In this document: in pieces, positions 47,354-57,144 of the stretch
How positions within the stretch are numbered: position 1 is the stretch's first letter
Layout of the letters: each line of letters opens with the position of its first letter
NCBI GenBank assembly: GCA_963422735.1
Contig: OY730476.1
Coordinates: forward strand, 224,001 to 288,000
Length of the DNA stretch: 64,000 bases
Direction: 5' to 3'
Origin: Candidatus Latescibacterota bacterium
GTDB taxonomy: Bacteria > Latescibacterota > UBA2968 > UBA8231
Notes under the pieces: generated by a model
Databases searched by the model: none
Told to the model about the DNA's origin: nothing
What the model saw: only the letters and a program-made list of their open reading frames with translations
Program-made: the position numbers and the translations under genes

Positions 47354-48102
47354 TGCGTGCATTGGTGCTGTTGCTCCTGTTGGGCACCCAAGTCCACGCC
47401 GGGGCCGCGGCTGGACAGTACAACGAGGCCAACGCGCTCTATCGGGCCGGGGATTTTGTTGCGGCGCGGCGCAGCTACTTGGAGGTGGTAGATGCTGGGG
47501 TGCAAGACGCTCGGCTCTACTACAACCTCGGCAATGCCTGCTTCAAGTCTGGGCGTCTAGGCGAAGCGATCCTCTGGTACGAACGGGCGCGGTACTTGCT
47601 ACCGCACGACGAGGACATTGAGGCCAATCTGCGCTTTGCCAACCTAGTGAAGAAGGACCGCGACCCGCAAACTGAGGACGGCCTCAACGCGCTGGTAGCT
47701 GCGCTGGTAGCCGCCTATTTCTGGCCCACGTTCAATCAGCTCAGCCTGCTATTCGCCGCCGCGTTTTTTGCTGTCTTTGTCTTGGGGGTGCGGTGGTTGT
47801 TCGCTCAGACGCGCTCCGGTGCGCTGTGGCTAGTCGGGGTTTTGCTCTGTGCAGGGCTGAGCGTGGGGTCCGCGCTCTGGCTGGGGACGCGCCTGCGCCA
47901 TCAGGCGCAGACGAGCGAAGCCATCGTCACGGTTGCCGCGGCGCACGCGCGTTCCGGCCCTGACCTCGGGCAAACGGAGGTCTTTGTCGCGCACGAAGGC
48001 ACCAAGGTGCGCTTGGTGCGGCAGGAGGGGGGGTGGATGCTGGTGCGGCTGGCCAACGGCCTCGGCGGATGGATGCCGGCGGAAGCCCTGACGCGGATAT
48101 GA
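47350..48102 (+). CDS. batE: BatE TPR plus SH3 protein
   Basis: YYNLGNA, LWYERA, HEGTKV...W..VRLANG..GW. Confidence 0.85.
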   Translation: MMRALVLLLLLGTQVHAGAAAGQYNEANALYRAGDFVAARRSYLEVVDAGVQDARLYYNLGNACFKSGRLGEAILWYERARYLLPHDEDIEANLRFANLVKKDRDPQTEDGLNALVAALVAAYFWPTFNQLSLLFAAAFFAVFVLGVRWLFAQTRSGALWLVGVLLCAGLSVGSALWLGTRLRHQAQTSEAIVTVAAAHARSGPDLGQTEVFVAHEGTKVRLVRQEGGWMLVRLANGLGGWMPAEALTRI

Positions 48103-48156
48103 ATCTAACTACAGATCTTTGCTGTATATCAAACCACAACAAAAAAAGGATAAGCC

Positions 48157-49212
48157 ATGAGTACGCTCAAAGTAGGTGTCGTCGGCGTTGGCGGGATCGC
48201 CCGCACGCACATCCCCGGCTGGGAGGCTTCTAGCGAGGCCGAGTTGATCGCCGGAAGCGATATTAGCGAGGACGCGCTGCAGCACTTTGGTGCTGCAACC
48301 GGGGTCGCCAAGCTGCACACCGACCCAGAGGCGCTGTTCAGCGATCCCGATATCGATATTATCGACATCTGCACGCCCAATATGTATCACGCCCCCTTGG
48401 CCATTGCCGCGCTGTCAGCCGGCAAACACGTGATCTGCGAAAAGCCTTTGGCACCCACGCCCGAGGATGTTCGCCAGATGATCGCGGCGCGCGATGCATC
48501 GGGCAAGGAGTTGATGACGGCGCAGCACTTTCGCTTTCAGGGTTCGTCCCGCGCACTGAAGGCCGAGTTGGACACGGGTGCGCTCGGCGACATCTACCAC
48601 GCCCGCAGTTGGATGCTGCGCCGGGCTGGTGCGCCAGTCGGCGGCGGGTTCATTCTCAAGGAGCACAGCGGCGGCGGTCCCTGCATCGACATTGGGGTTC
48701 ACATCCTCGACCTGACCTTGTGGTTTATGGGGCATCCCGAGCCGGTAGCTATTTCGGGCGTGGCCCGCGCTGAATTGGCACACCAAGAAGGAGCTTTTAG
48801 CCAATGGGGCCGCCAGTCGATTCCGTCCCATTACGATGTCGAGGATTTTGCCGCGGCCTTTGTGCGCTTTGACAACGGTGCAACGCTCGTCTTGGAGGTG
48901 AGTTGGATCTTGCACCACCCGGTCCAAGGCGAGGACATGCAGATGTGGCTCTACGGCACTCGCGGGGGGGCACATTGGCCCGAGTGCTCGATTTGCGAGA
49001 GCAACAACCAGACTCGCCAGCAGTACGACCGCAAGCTCATGCTGATGTACGACGGCCTCGAAGCCCACGCGCAGGAATGCGTGGAGTTCGCCGCGGCGAT
49101 TGCCCAGGGGCGGCCCTCGCCGGTGCCGCCTGAACAGTCCTTACAGGTGATGAAAATCCTCGATGGGATCTACCGCAGCCAAGAGGCGGGCGGGGAAGTA
49201 CGGCTGGACTGA
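48157..49212 (+). CDS. Gfo/Idh/MocA oxidoreductase
   Basis: VGVGGIA, GKHVICEKP, GGGPCIDIGVH. Confidence 0.93.
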   Translation: MSTLKVGVVGVGGIARTHIPGWEASSEAELIAGSDISEDALQHFGAATGVAKLHTDPEALFSDPDIDIIDICTPNMYHAPLAIAALSAGKHVICEKPLAPTPEDVRQMIAARDASGKELMTAQHFRFQGSSRALKAELDTGALGDIYHARSWMLRRAGAPVGGGFILKEHSGGGPCIDIGVHILDLTLWFMGHPEPVAISGVARAELAHQEGAFSQWGRQSIPSHYDVEDFAAAFVRFDNGATLVLEVSWILHHPVQGEDMQMWLYGTRGGAHWPECSICESNNQTRQQYDRKLMLMYDGLEAHAQECVEFAAAIAQGRPSPVPPEQSLQVMKILDGIYRSQEAGGEVRLD

Positions 49213-49237
49213 GGGGGCTGACGGCAAGGGCGAGAAA

Positions 49238-49490
49238 TCAGACGAACGCAGCCAGTTGATTGTAACGACCCATTCGGACATGCTTGTCGATGCCCTGACC
49301 AATGAGTGGTGGAGTATCGTGGTTTGCGAAAAGCGCGATGGGCAGACTGTGATGCGCCGTCTCGATAAAAAGAAAATGGTCGCTTGGCTAGGGACTATCG
49401 GCTCGGTGAACTCTGGAGTAGTGGCGAGATTGGGGGGAATCCTTGATGAGCATCAGGGTATATGTCGAGAGCGGTGGAGACTCTAATCCC
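49238..49490 (+). pseudogene. Remnant of an AAA/ABC ATPase 3' end plus a DUF4276-like 5' end
   Basis: SQLIVTTHSDMLVDAL...VVCEK, frameshift, YRLGELWSSGEIGGNP*; then MSIRVYVESGGD truncated. Confidence 0.65.
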
Positions 49491-49498
49491 CAAGTCTA

Positions 49499-49945
49499 TC
49501 ACGGCCCCGCTAGCCAATCGACGAAAGCCGCTGGAGACTCAACCACCACGCGGCCGTTGAGCGACTCGTGTTCAAAGCCGCACATTTGGTCGCCGACGAA
49601 GGCGAATACGCCGGTGGTTTGTGGGGTAAAGGCCAGTGCAAAGGTCAAATCAGGCACGGCCACCTGATGTATGTCGAGATGGGGCAGGGCGAAGGTGTAG
49701 ATATAATCTCGACTGGTCAGTTTGAGTTCGACCGCTAGGCCGAGCGGCAGGTGTAACTCCTTCCCCGGCTTGGTGATATCGTCGGCGGTGTGCAACGCGC
49801 CGTCGGGGCCTGGGTAGCGGAATTGCCAGAGGTACTCTTCTCCGGTGATTTGGATGCGCAGCGGGCCTAGGGGCAGGGCAGGTGGACAACTGGCGACTCC
49901 CAACAAGACCGCGCCCCACAGAGTGATTTCCATGATGCGGCGCAT
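49499..49945 (-). CDS. Stand-alone cytochrome c oxidase subunit II-like cupredoxin lipoprotein
   Basis: LLGVASC; WQFRYPGPDG; ELHLP; LTSRD; CG..H. Confidence 0.75.
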   Translation of the reverse strand: MRRIMEITLWGAVLLGVASCPPALPLGPLRIQITGEEYLWQFRYPGPDGALHTADDITKPGKELHLPLGLAVELKLTSRDYIYTFALPHLDIHQVAVPDLTFALAFTPQTTGVFAFVGDQMCGFEHESLNGRVVVESPAAFVDWLAGP

Positions 49946-50016
49946 GGTGCTACCCTGTTCTCAATAAGCGGAAGGACTAGGGCGTTATCTGCTTAAAGCG
50001 CGGATAACTTAGGTTG

Positions 50017-50208
50017 TCAGGGCTTGGAGGGGGTCTCTTGTATCTTTTGTGCGACTTTGAGCCACTGGTGCCGCTCCTCAGTGTAATTGCCCCAGCCCAA
50101 CTTCACTTGCTGGAGAAAGCGGACCATGCCGACGACCCCGAGTTGCTGACGCAGTACTTCCATCCCCTTTTCGCGGATCTGGGCCAATGTCATGGCTTGA
50201 TATTCCAT
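50017..50208 (-). CDS. Small putative antitoxin partner of PIN toxin
   Basis: IREKGMEVLRQQLGVVGMVRFLQQ...GNYTEERHQWL. Confidence 0.6.
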   Translation of the reverse strand: MEYQAMTLAQIREKGMEVLRQQLGVVGMVRFLQQVKLGWGNYTEERHQWLKVAQKIQETPSKP

Positions 50209-50508
50209 TGTTAACCCACCTCCAAGAGCCAAGCTACAGGATTCGCCACGCGGATGTCTGCGGTGCGAATGATGTGATAGTCTGTCGTGAGAAAGACATC
50301 TACTCCGGCCTGTTCTGTACCTGCGCTGTCGTTCGCGATTGGGCGGGTTGTTGATATCTTCTTCTGCGACAGCACTATTCCACCGCCATTTGCCCGCGTC
50401 GCAGTGCTCTAGAACAAAAGTACCACTCCAACGTAACCGTATGCGGTCTTGGTACGGGTCGTTAAATGGACGGTTCAAGTAGCAAACATCGAAATAGACT
50501 TGTAGCAT
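50209..50508 (-). pseudogene. Degraded PIN-domain toxin
   Basis: VYFDVCYLNRPFNDPYQDRIRL N-terminus, then loss of similarity. Confidence 0.6.
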
Positions 50509-50715
50509 AGATGCTCTATGACGGCCCTTCGGCTAATCAACGAAAGCCGCCGTCTGCTTGATCGCCCGGCGGCCGTTGAGCACCTCGTCCTGATGCAATA
50601 AGCCCGCCTCGCCCCGCGTTGTCAAGCGGCTTTACACAGGCGCTTTCTCCCGCTAAACTCATCTCATCCGCGCCGATCTTGGCCAACGCCACTGAAATCT
50701 CTCAGGAGTATTCCC

Positions 50716-52653
50716 ATGCAAAGCCTGACCGCCAATATCCCGCTCAACGCGCCGGCCCACTGGGCCGTGTGGCAGCGCCGCCTCTTCGATGCTCTCGACC
50801 AATCGGTGCAGCCTTTCCTCGATCACTTCACCCGCGAAGACGGCGAATTCATCTGGCAGGACGAGTGGGGCGGCGGCAGCCCCGACGATTTCTATGAGCC
50901 TTTTTTTAATTGGCCGCTCGTTTATCTAATGGGCGGCGGCGAGCACCTGTTGCACTTGGCCGACCGCCAGTGGGAGGCCATCACCCGCCAACTGACCCGC
51001 TTGGGCACGGTCAGCAAGGAATACGGCATCCGCGAAGATCAGATGCACCAAGCCGAAAGCGATATCTGCTTTTACCACTTGTGTCTGGCCCACCCCAACG
51101 CCCCCCGGCGCGTCGAACGGGCCTGCCGCTTTGCCGGCTTTTACCTCAACGAAGACCCCGAAGCGCAAAACTACGACCCCGAGCACAAAATTCTGCGCTC
51201 GGGCCTCAACGGCAGCCACGGCCCCTATTTTGCCCCGCTGGCCGAGCGCGACCACCAAAGCTACAATCCTTTGGGCGGCAGCATGGAAGTGTACGACCTG
51301 CCCTTTTTCGACTTGCCCGGCATCACCTGTGTGCAGGACTTGGCCGACCCGGCCAAAGCCCGCCTAATGGGGCAGACCCTATTCGACCGCTGGCGTCAGG
51401 GCGACACTCCGACCAACTTGGCCGTCACTTCGCTGGCTACCAACGCCTTTCTGATCACTGGCGACGAAAAATACCGCGCTTGGGTCGTCGAATACACCGA
51501 CGCTTGGGTGGAGCGTGCCCAAGCCAACGGCGGCATGCTGCCGGACAACGTCGGCCTGTCGGGCCAAGTGGGTGAATACTGCGCTGGCAACTGGTACGGT
51601 GGGCGCTACGGCTGGACCTTTCCGCACGGCTTTTTGACGTTGCAGAAAGCCACTCTCGACGCAGCGGCGAATGCCTACCTGTTGACCGGTGACCGCGCTT
51701 ATCTCGACCTGCCACGCCAGCAGATGGATCGCATCTTGGAACAAGGGCGCATGGAGGATATTCGCGACCAGTACATGAGCGTGGCTGAGCGCTGGGCGAG
51801 TCAATTTGCCGCCATGGGCGAAAAGCGCGCAACTTTTTTGGTGCCCTACCGCTACGGCGACGCCGGCTGGTTCGACTGGCAGCCCATGAGTCCGGTGTAC
51901 CCGGTGACGCTGTGGAATCTGTCCATGGACGCGGGCGACTGGGAGCGCATGGAGGCCATTCGGCAAAAAGAAGCATTCGATTGGGCTGCGGTGTTCCCCT
52001 TCCACAACAAAGAGGACTCGGGCCACGAGGCTCCTTGGGTGCGCTTTCTGGCCGGGGCCAACCCGGCCTATCCAGAGCAAATGCTACAGGCCACGTACCA
52101 AGTGGCCGGTCGCCGCTTGGCCCAACTGCGCGCCGACCAAGACGTGGGTACTCGCCACCACGTCCACCACTGGCAATGGGGCAATCCCGTCTCCTCCGAA
52201 GCGCTCATCCAGCTAACTATGGGCGGCCCACAACCCATCTACAACGGCGGTCTGCTGCACGCCCGTCTGCGCTACTTTGACGCCCAACGCCGTCGCTCCG
52301 GCCTGCCCGCAGACGTCGGTGCCTTGGTGAAAAAGATCGCAGCAAACCGCACGGTCGTGCGCTTGGTCAATTTGAACCACAACGAGGACCGGGAACTGGT
52401 CATTCAAGGGGGTGCTTTTGGCGAGCATCGCTTTGGCCGAGTTGCGTATCAAAGCCGCACCAGCGAGTACCCGGGCTGGATGGGCGGCTATGCCGGCACG
52501 TACGCAGCGCCGCCCTTGGAGACTGAGGAGCGTCAACTAGCCGTTGATGGCAAGCACCTGAGCATCACCTTACCGCCGCATTGCGAAATCACCCTCGATC
52601 TGGAGACCCAGCGCTACGTCAACAAGCCTTCCCACCACGCCGGGCCGTTTTAA
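50716..52653 (+). CDS. Conserved hypothetical protein, probable alpha/alpha-toroid enzyme
   Basis: Long ORF with RBS AGGAG; DDFYE..FNWPL, LPDNVGLSG, NPV..EAL.QL..G.P, RR.GLP.DV.ALV. Confidence 0.7.
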   Translation: MQSLTANIPLNAPAHWAVWQRRLFDALDQSVQPFLDHFTREDGEFIWQDEWGGGSPDDFYEPFFNWPLVYLMGGGEHLLHLADRQWEAITRQLTRLGTVSKEYGIREDQMHQAESDICFYHLCLAHPNAPRRVERACRFAGFYLNEDPEAQNYDPEHKILRSGLNGSHGPYFAPLAERDHQSYNPLGGSMEVYDLPFFDLPGITCVQDLADPAKARLMGQTLFDRWRQGDTPTNLAVTSLATNAFLITGDEKYRAWVVEYTDAWVERAQANGGMLPDNVGLSGQVGEYCAGNWYGGRYGWTFPHGFLTLQKATLDAAANAYLLTGDRAYLDLPRQQMDRILEQGRMEDIRDQYMSVAERWASQFAAMGEKRATFLVPYRYGDAGWFDWQPMSPVYPVTLWNLSMDAGDWERMEAIRQKEAFDWAAVFPFHNKEDSGHEAPWVRFLAGANPAYPEQMLQATYQVAGRRLAQLRADQDVGTRHHVHHWQWGNPVSSEALIQLTMGGPQPIYNGGLLHARLRYFDAQRRRSGLPADVGALVKKIAANRTVVRLVNLNHNEDRELVIQGGAFGEHRFGRVAYQSRTSEYPGWMGGYAGTYAAPPLETEERQLAVDGKHLSITLPPHCEITLDLETQRYVNKPSHHAGPF

Positions 52654-52852
52654 GCCATTCACGCCTTTGTGAACGTGCCGTTTAGAGATGAAAAGACGCC
52701 TTTGATTTTTTCCGGCCTAGAGGAAGAAACAGGTGTTGTCCGCGAGCTGATTTCCATGTATCTGACGAAGTTTTATGGGTTATACGGCGCGATGGCAGAC
52801 CATCGCTACCGACCACTGGTAGTCAGGTAGGTTGTAAGAGCATCCCTTGTCC

Positions 52853-53407
52853 CTACAAAGCGGCTAGGACGGCTGCGACCTGTGGGTGCTGCCGTCCTAG
52901 GATCAAATCCGCGTAGCGGGTGGTGGGCTGGATGTGGCGGCGGTACATTGGACGGATATGCTCTTGGTATTGAGCGCGGATCGAGATGGGGGAACGGCCG
53001 CGCTCCAAGCAGAGCGCGTCGGCGGCGACAAAGAGGCGCAGGTGGTAGAGGGCGTTGATGTCGGGCTAGTAGAGGGCAAAGAGGCCCTCGACGAGCAGGA
53101 AGTCGGTGGGGGTGAGGTGGTGTTGGGTCGCTTGGCGCGTATGAGTGGTAAAGTCGTACACTGGGATTTCGACGCGGTGACCGGCGGCTAGCTGGCAAAG
53201 GTCCGCGGCGAGACGCTGGTGATCCATGGCCTCGGGTGCGTCGAAGTTGACGCGGGCCCTTGCGGGTGAGGAGAGGGCAGCCAAATCGCGATAGTACGCG
53301 TCTAGAGAGAGCACAGTGGCTGGGCCGGGCAGGCGGGTTTGTAGATTGCGGTCGAGCGTGGTTTTGCCCGCACCGGGTGGTCCGGCCAAGCCGATGAGGC
53401 GGGGCAG
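52853..53407 (-). pseudogene. udk: Uridine kinase with internal TAG and deletion
   Basis: GPPGAGKTT, LDAYY, NFDAPEA, PVYDFTTH, VEGLFALY*PD; continues ERGRS...RPMY..HIQPT..YADLI. Confidence 0.85.
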
Positions 53408-53411
53408 CCCT

Positions 53412-55106
53412 TTAGCTTTGGAACCAAGCGGCAATGGCTTTGCGGTCGAGCGCGTTGGGGATGTCGGCGGCGCGGAGCCAGCCCTTGCGAGCGATACCAA
53501 TGCCATAGCGGAGATGGTCTAGACCGGCGATGCTGTGGGCGTCGGTGTTGACGGCGATTTGGACGCCGTGGTCGCGGGCTTTTTTGACGTGCCGCCAGTC
53601 GAGGTCGAGCCGCGCTGGATGAGCGTTAATTTCAAGGCTGACCCCATAGCGGGCGGCGGCTTCGATGATTTGTTCGATATCGACGGCGTAGCCCTCTCGG
53701 CGGAGGAGCAAGCGTCCGGTTGGATGGCCGACGATGGTGGCAGCCGGGTGCTCGATGGCGCGGACGATGCGGGCGGTCATGGCGTTGCGGCTCAGGTTGA
53801 AATGCGAATGAACCGAGACGACCACGAAGTCGAATTGCGCGAGCAGGTCGTCGTCGTAGTCGAGCGAGCCGTCGCCGCGGATATCCGACTCAACGCCCTT
53901 GAAGATGCGGAAGGGAGCTAGCGTCTCGTTAAGCCGGTCAATTTCCTCCCATTGGTGCTGGACTTGTGCAACGCGAAGTCCCCCGGCGTACGCCGCGGTC
54001 TGGCTGTGGTCGGCAATGCCCATGTACTCAAAGCCGCGTTCCTGCACGGCGCGGGCCATGGCCTCTAGGCTGTCGGCCCCATCCGAATAGGTAGAATGCA
54101 CGTGAAGCATCCCGCGAATGTCGGCGGCTGTTACCAACTCGGGCAGCGCGTTGGCAGCCGCGGCCTCAATTTCGCCTCGGTTCTCGCGCAACTCTGGCGG
54201 AATGTAGGCAAGGCCCAAGGCGGCGAACAAAGCCGCTTCATCAGCGCACTCGATGCGCTCATCGCCGCGCCAGAGACCGCGTTCGTCGAGGACTAGTCCG
54301 CGCTCGGCAGCCCTAGCGCGCAGTGCGGCGCGGTGTTCCTCGTTGCCTGTGTAGTAGTGTAAGGCCGCGGGGAAGGCATCGTCTGGGACCACATGCAAGT
54401 TGGCTTGCAGCCCGTTGGACAGCCGCACTGCTCTTGGTGCGAGGATTTCGGCGATATCCGGGTGGACGGCAAAAGTCGCGTTCGCGGTATCGGCGTCGAT
54501 GGTGCTGACTACGAAGTCGAGCTGTTGAACCGTCTCTCGCGCTCGGCGCAGTTTTCCGGTGACGGCGAGGCACTGCGCGTGGGGGCGCAGAGCTGCGAGC
54601 AGGCTTTGAGCACTTTGGTGCGCGGTATCGGCGCGGCAGTGGCCCTCGTGAGTGCGGATGTACTCGACGCCCTTGAGGATGGTTTCTTGGGTCTTAGGGC
54701 CGAAGCCCTTGAGGGCGGCGAGCTGGCCGGCGCGGCAGGCTTGTTCGAGGGCGTCGAGGGTCTCAATGCCGAGGGCCTTGCGGATGGCGTTGATCTTGCG
54801 CGGCCCCAACCCGGGAACCTGCAGCATGTCGAGCAGACCCGCCGGCGTTGCGGCCCGCAGCGTTTCATAGGCTTGGGCCGTGCCGGTGTCGGCGAACTCG
54901 GCGACCAGCTCGGCCACGCTGTCGCCAATACCTTTGACCTCGGTCAGGGTCCCGGCGGCGAGGAGTTCGTCGAGGGGGGACGTTAGGGTTTCGAGGGCGC
55001 GTACGGCGTTGGCGTAGGCCCGGACCCGGAAGGGGGAGGCTCCGCTGAGTTCGAGGAGGGTGGCGTACTCTTCGACAAAATCCGCTGCGGTCCGGGCCGT
55101 TATCAT
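53412..55106 (-). CDS. polX: PolX/PHP DNA polymerase-exonuclease with altered polymerase site
   Basis: FRVRAY, GLGPRK, YIPPELRE; PHP motifs HVHS, DHS, GHPTGR, DAH. Confidence 0.92.
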   Translation of the reverse strand: MITARTAADFVEEYATLLELSGASPFRVRAYANAVRALETLTSPLDELLAAGTLTEVKGIGDSVAELVAEFADTGTAQAYETLRAATPAGLLDMLQVPGLGPRKINAIRKALGIETLDALEQACRAGQLAALKGFGPKTQETILKGVEYIRTHEGHCRADTAHQSAQSLLAALRPHAQCLAVTGKLRRARETVQQLDFVVSTIDADTANATFAVHPDIAEILAPRAVRLSNGLQANLHVVPDDAFPAALHYYTGNEEHRAALRARAAERGLVLDERGLWRGDERIECADEAALFAALGLAYIPPELRENRGEIEAAAANALPELVTAADIRGMLHVHSTYSDGADSLEAMARAVQERGFEYMGIADHSQTAAYAGGLRVAQVQHQWEEIDRLNETLAPFRIFKGVESDIRGDGSLDYDDDLLAQFDFVVVSVHSHFNLSRNAMTARIVRAIEHPAATIVGHPTGRLLLRREGYAVDIEQIIEAAARYGVSLEINAHPARLDLDWRHVKKARDHGVQIAVNTDAHSIAGLDHLRYGIGIARKGWLRAADIPNALDRKAIAAWFQS

Positions 55107-55888
55107 CGGTTTTGATCCCGCATCAGGCAGAGAATGTGCGATACCAACGACGCGTTGCCCGCGGCGAGTCCGCCGGAGATGAGGGTATCTGCTTGGTTGT
55201 AGGTCCGCACTTGGTGGTCGCACGTATGCATGAGTCCGCCGGCCTCGCGTACTAATAGGTCGCCGGCGCAGACATCCCACTCGTTTTTGTCCGCGATGCT
55301 GAAGTTGAGGTCGCAGGCTCCGGCAGCGACTAGGGCCAGCTTGTACGCGACGCTGCCGACCGGGCAGATTTCGCCGATATGTGGGCGAAAGGGGTCGATC
55401 TCGCCGCGTTTGGTCTCGCTGCGGCTGACGACGGCCGTGGCTTGGCTGAGGGATTGGACCTCGCTGCAAAACACGCGCTGGCCGTTGCAGAAGGTGCCAC
55501 TACCGGACACGGCGGCGAAGACTTCCTCCTGCGCGGGGTTGTAGATAACCGCTAGGGTCGGCTCACCGCCTTCGACTAAGGCCACGGCGACCACGTATTC
55601 GGGGATGCCTTCGACAAACTCGCGGGTGCCGTCTATTGGATCCACGATCCACACGGCTTCTTTGTTTAGGCGTTGGCGGTCATCGACGGTTTCTTCGGAG
55701 AGCCAGCCGCAGTCTGGGCGCAGATCCCGCAGGGCTTTCTCGAGGTAGGCGTCGGCTTGGAGATCCGCCGTCGTCAGGGGATCGTTCCTGTCTTTGTAGG
55801 CGACCTCAAGTGGGCCGCCGAAGTACTGCAAGGTTAGCCCCCCGGCCTCGCGGGCGACTGCTATGGCTTGTTGGAGTTGGGCCTGCAT
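55103..55888 (-). CDS. CysQ/inositol monophosphatase family
   Basis: LSEE, WIVDPIDGTREF, EWDVCAG. Confidence 0.9.
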   Translation of the reverse strand: MQAQLQQAIAVAREAGGLTLQYFGGPLEVAYKDRNDPLTTADLQADAYLEKALRDLRPDCGWLSEETVDDRQRLNKEAVWIVDPIDGTREFVEGIPEYVVAVALVEGGEPTLAVIYNPAQEEVFAAVSGSGTFCNGQRVFCSEVQSLSQATAVVSRSETKRGEIDPFRPHIGEICPVGSVAYKLALVAAGACDLNFSIADKNEWDVCAGDLLVREAGGLMHTCDHQVRTYNQADTLISGGLAAGNASLVSHILCLMRDQNR

Positions 55889-55963
55889 GAGAGCGTTTGA
55901 AAATAGGGGTTGGCGTTGGATGGAGCAATAGGATGTGCCGCGTCGAGTGGAGGCCATGGCCGC

Positions 55964-55993
55964 TTGACAAGACAAAGAGGCGTCGGGTAGATT
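55964..55993 (+). promoter_or_regulatory. Sigma70-type promoter
   Basis: TTGACA-N18-TAGATT upstream of 56031. Confidence 0.6.
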
Positions 55994-56030
55994 GAGAAAG
56001 CAAAATCGACATTTTCAAATGAGGTGGAAC

Positions 56031-56657
56031 ATGCGTTGGACTATATGGATTTGGCTGGCGGCGATCCTGCTGGTGGCACGTGGGGCCGAGGCGGCCATGG
56101 AGACAGAAGAGGTGCGGAGCCTGCTGGAGAAGATGCAGGCCGAAGAGGCGTGGGGCGAAGCCGTGCTTACCGATGGCCGGGTGCGCTCGTTACGCGTGGA
56201 GGAGCTTGAGGCGGATTCGGTGGCGGTCGTCGAGGTCGTCGGTGCCTTGCAGGAGCGGGAGGCCGCATACTCGCTGGCCGAGATTCGCACGCTGCGCACG
56301 TTGGGAACGCATCGCATTCAGTCGCGCCACGCCGCGTACCAACAGCCAAAGTCCGGGCTATTGGCCTTCCTGCTAGAGCTACCGGTGCCGGGCGCGGGGT
56401 ATTTCTACATCGGGGAGCACAAACAGGGGCTTGCGCTCATGGGCTTGACGGTGACGGCTGTCGGGACGGCTTTTCTGACCGGTGCAGAGACTGCGGCCGG
56501 TTGGGTGCCGCTGTCGGCGTGGGTCAAAGTTGCGTCGCTGGCCCATCTGCGCGACCAAGTCCAGTCCATCAACAAGGTGGCCAAGAGCGTAGAGTTAGGT
56601 GCTCTGCCCGGGCGCGAAGCTGCCGTCCCGGCTTTGCGGCTGAAGCTGTCTTTTTAG
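56031..56657 (+). CDS. Hypothetical exported/membrane protein
   Basis: RBS GAGGTG; signal peptide; KSGLLAFLL..PVPGAGYFYIG motif; ends LKLSF. Confidence 0.7.
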   Translation: MRWTIWIWLAAILLVARGAEAAMETEEVRSLLEKMQAEEAWGEAVLTDGRVRSLRVEELEADSVAVVEVVGALQEREAAYSLAEIRTLRTLGTHRIQSRHAAYQQPKSGLLAFLLELPVPGAGYFYIGEHKQGLALMGLTVTAVGTAFLTGAETAAGWVPLSAWVKVASLAHLRDQVQSINKVAKSVELGALPGREAAVPALRLKLSF

Positions 56658-56821
56658 CGGCGCAAGAGACTGCGCTTGATTGGGCTTTTAACGGTACGCG
56701 GAACACGTCTTGCACATCAACTATATAGTCCAACCGGATAACCAACTAGGAAACGTTCTATCGAATATGCTCGATGCCGACCCTCCGGCGTCGAGCATCG
56801 TTTTTGTTTCAGCCTTTGTGA

Positions 56822-57144
56822 GTGTTCAAATCCATTATACGCGAATGGGTTAGCGGTATCCGTTTCGTGCTCGGAATAGACCTTGGAGGCACTAGCCGAG
56901 AGGTACTTGCCGAACTTCTCGAATGGGATATAGATGTTCGCATCATCAAACACCGCATTCCAAGACATACCTTCCACCCGAAGCTGTATTTCTTTCAGTG
57001 GACCGATCGCGCAGCCGTCACTATTGGATCAAACAATATGGCGGAAGGGGGATTTTTCGGAAATTACGAGGGCGCGGTTTGCATTACTTATTCGCTTCCT
57101 GAAGAAACCGAAGCCACTGCACGTAGCCAATTGGATCGCCTTCT
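56822..57144 (+). pseudogene. PLD (HxK)-family restriction endonuclease fragment
   Basis: TFHPKLYFF...IGSNNMAEGGFFGNYE; truncated; lower GC. Confidence 0.7.

Noticed and set aside
6550-53068. Three in-frame TAG codons (6550 ORF, hicA, udk) suggesting amber recoding
   Set aside because: Many intact genes here end in TAG (e.g. at 12774, 26917, 28949, 32569), and hicA and udk also carry deletions, so these are ordinary nonsense mutations
55107-55469. N-terminal extension of PolX in the ORF track
   Set aside because: It overlaps the CysQ-like gene; PolX homology starts at ATG 55106
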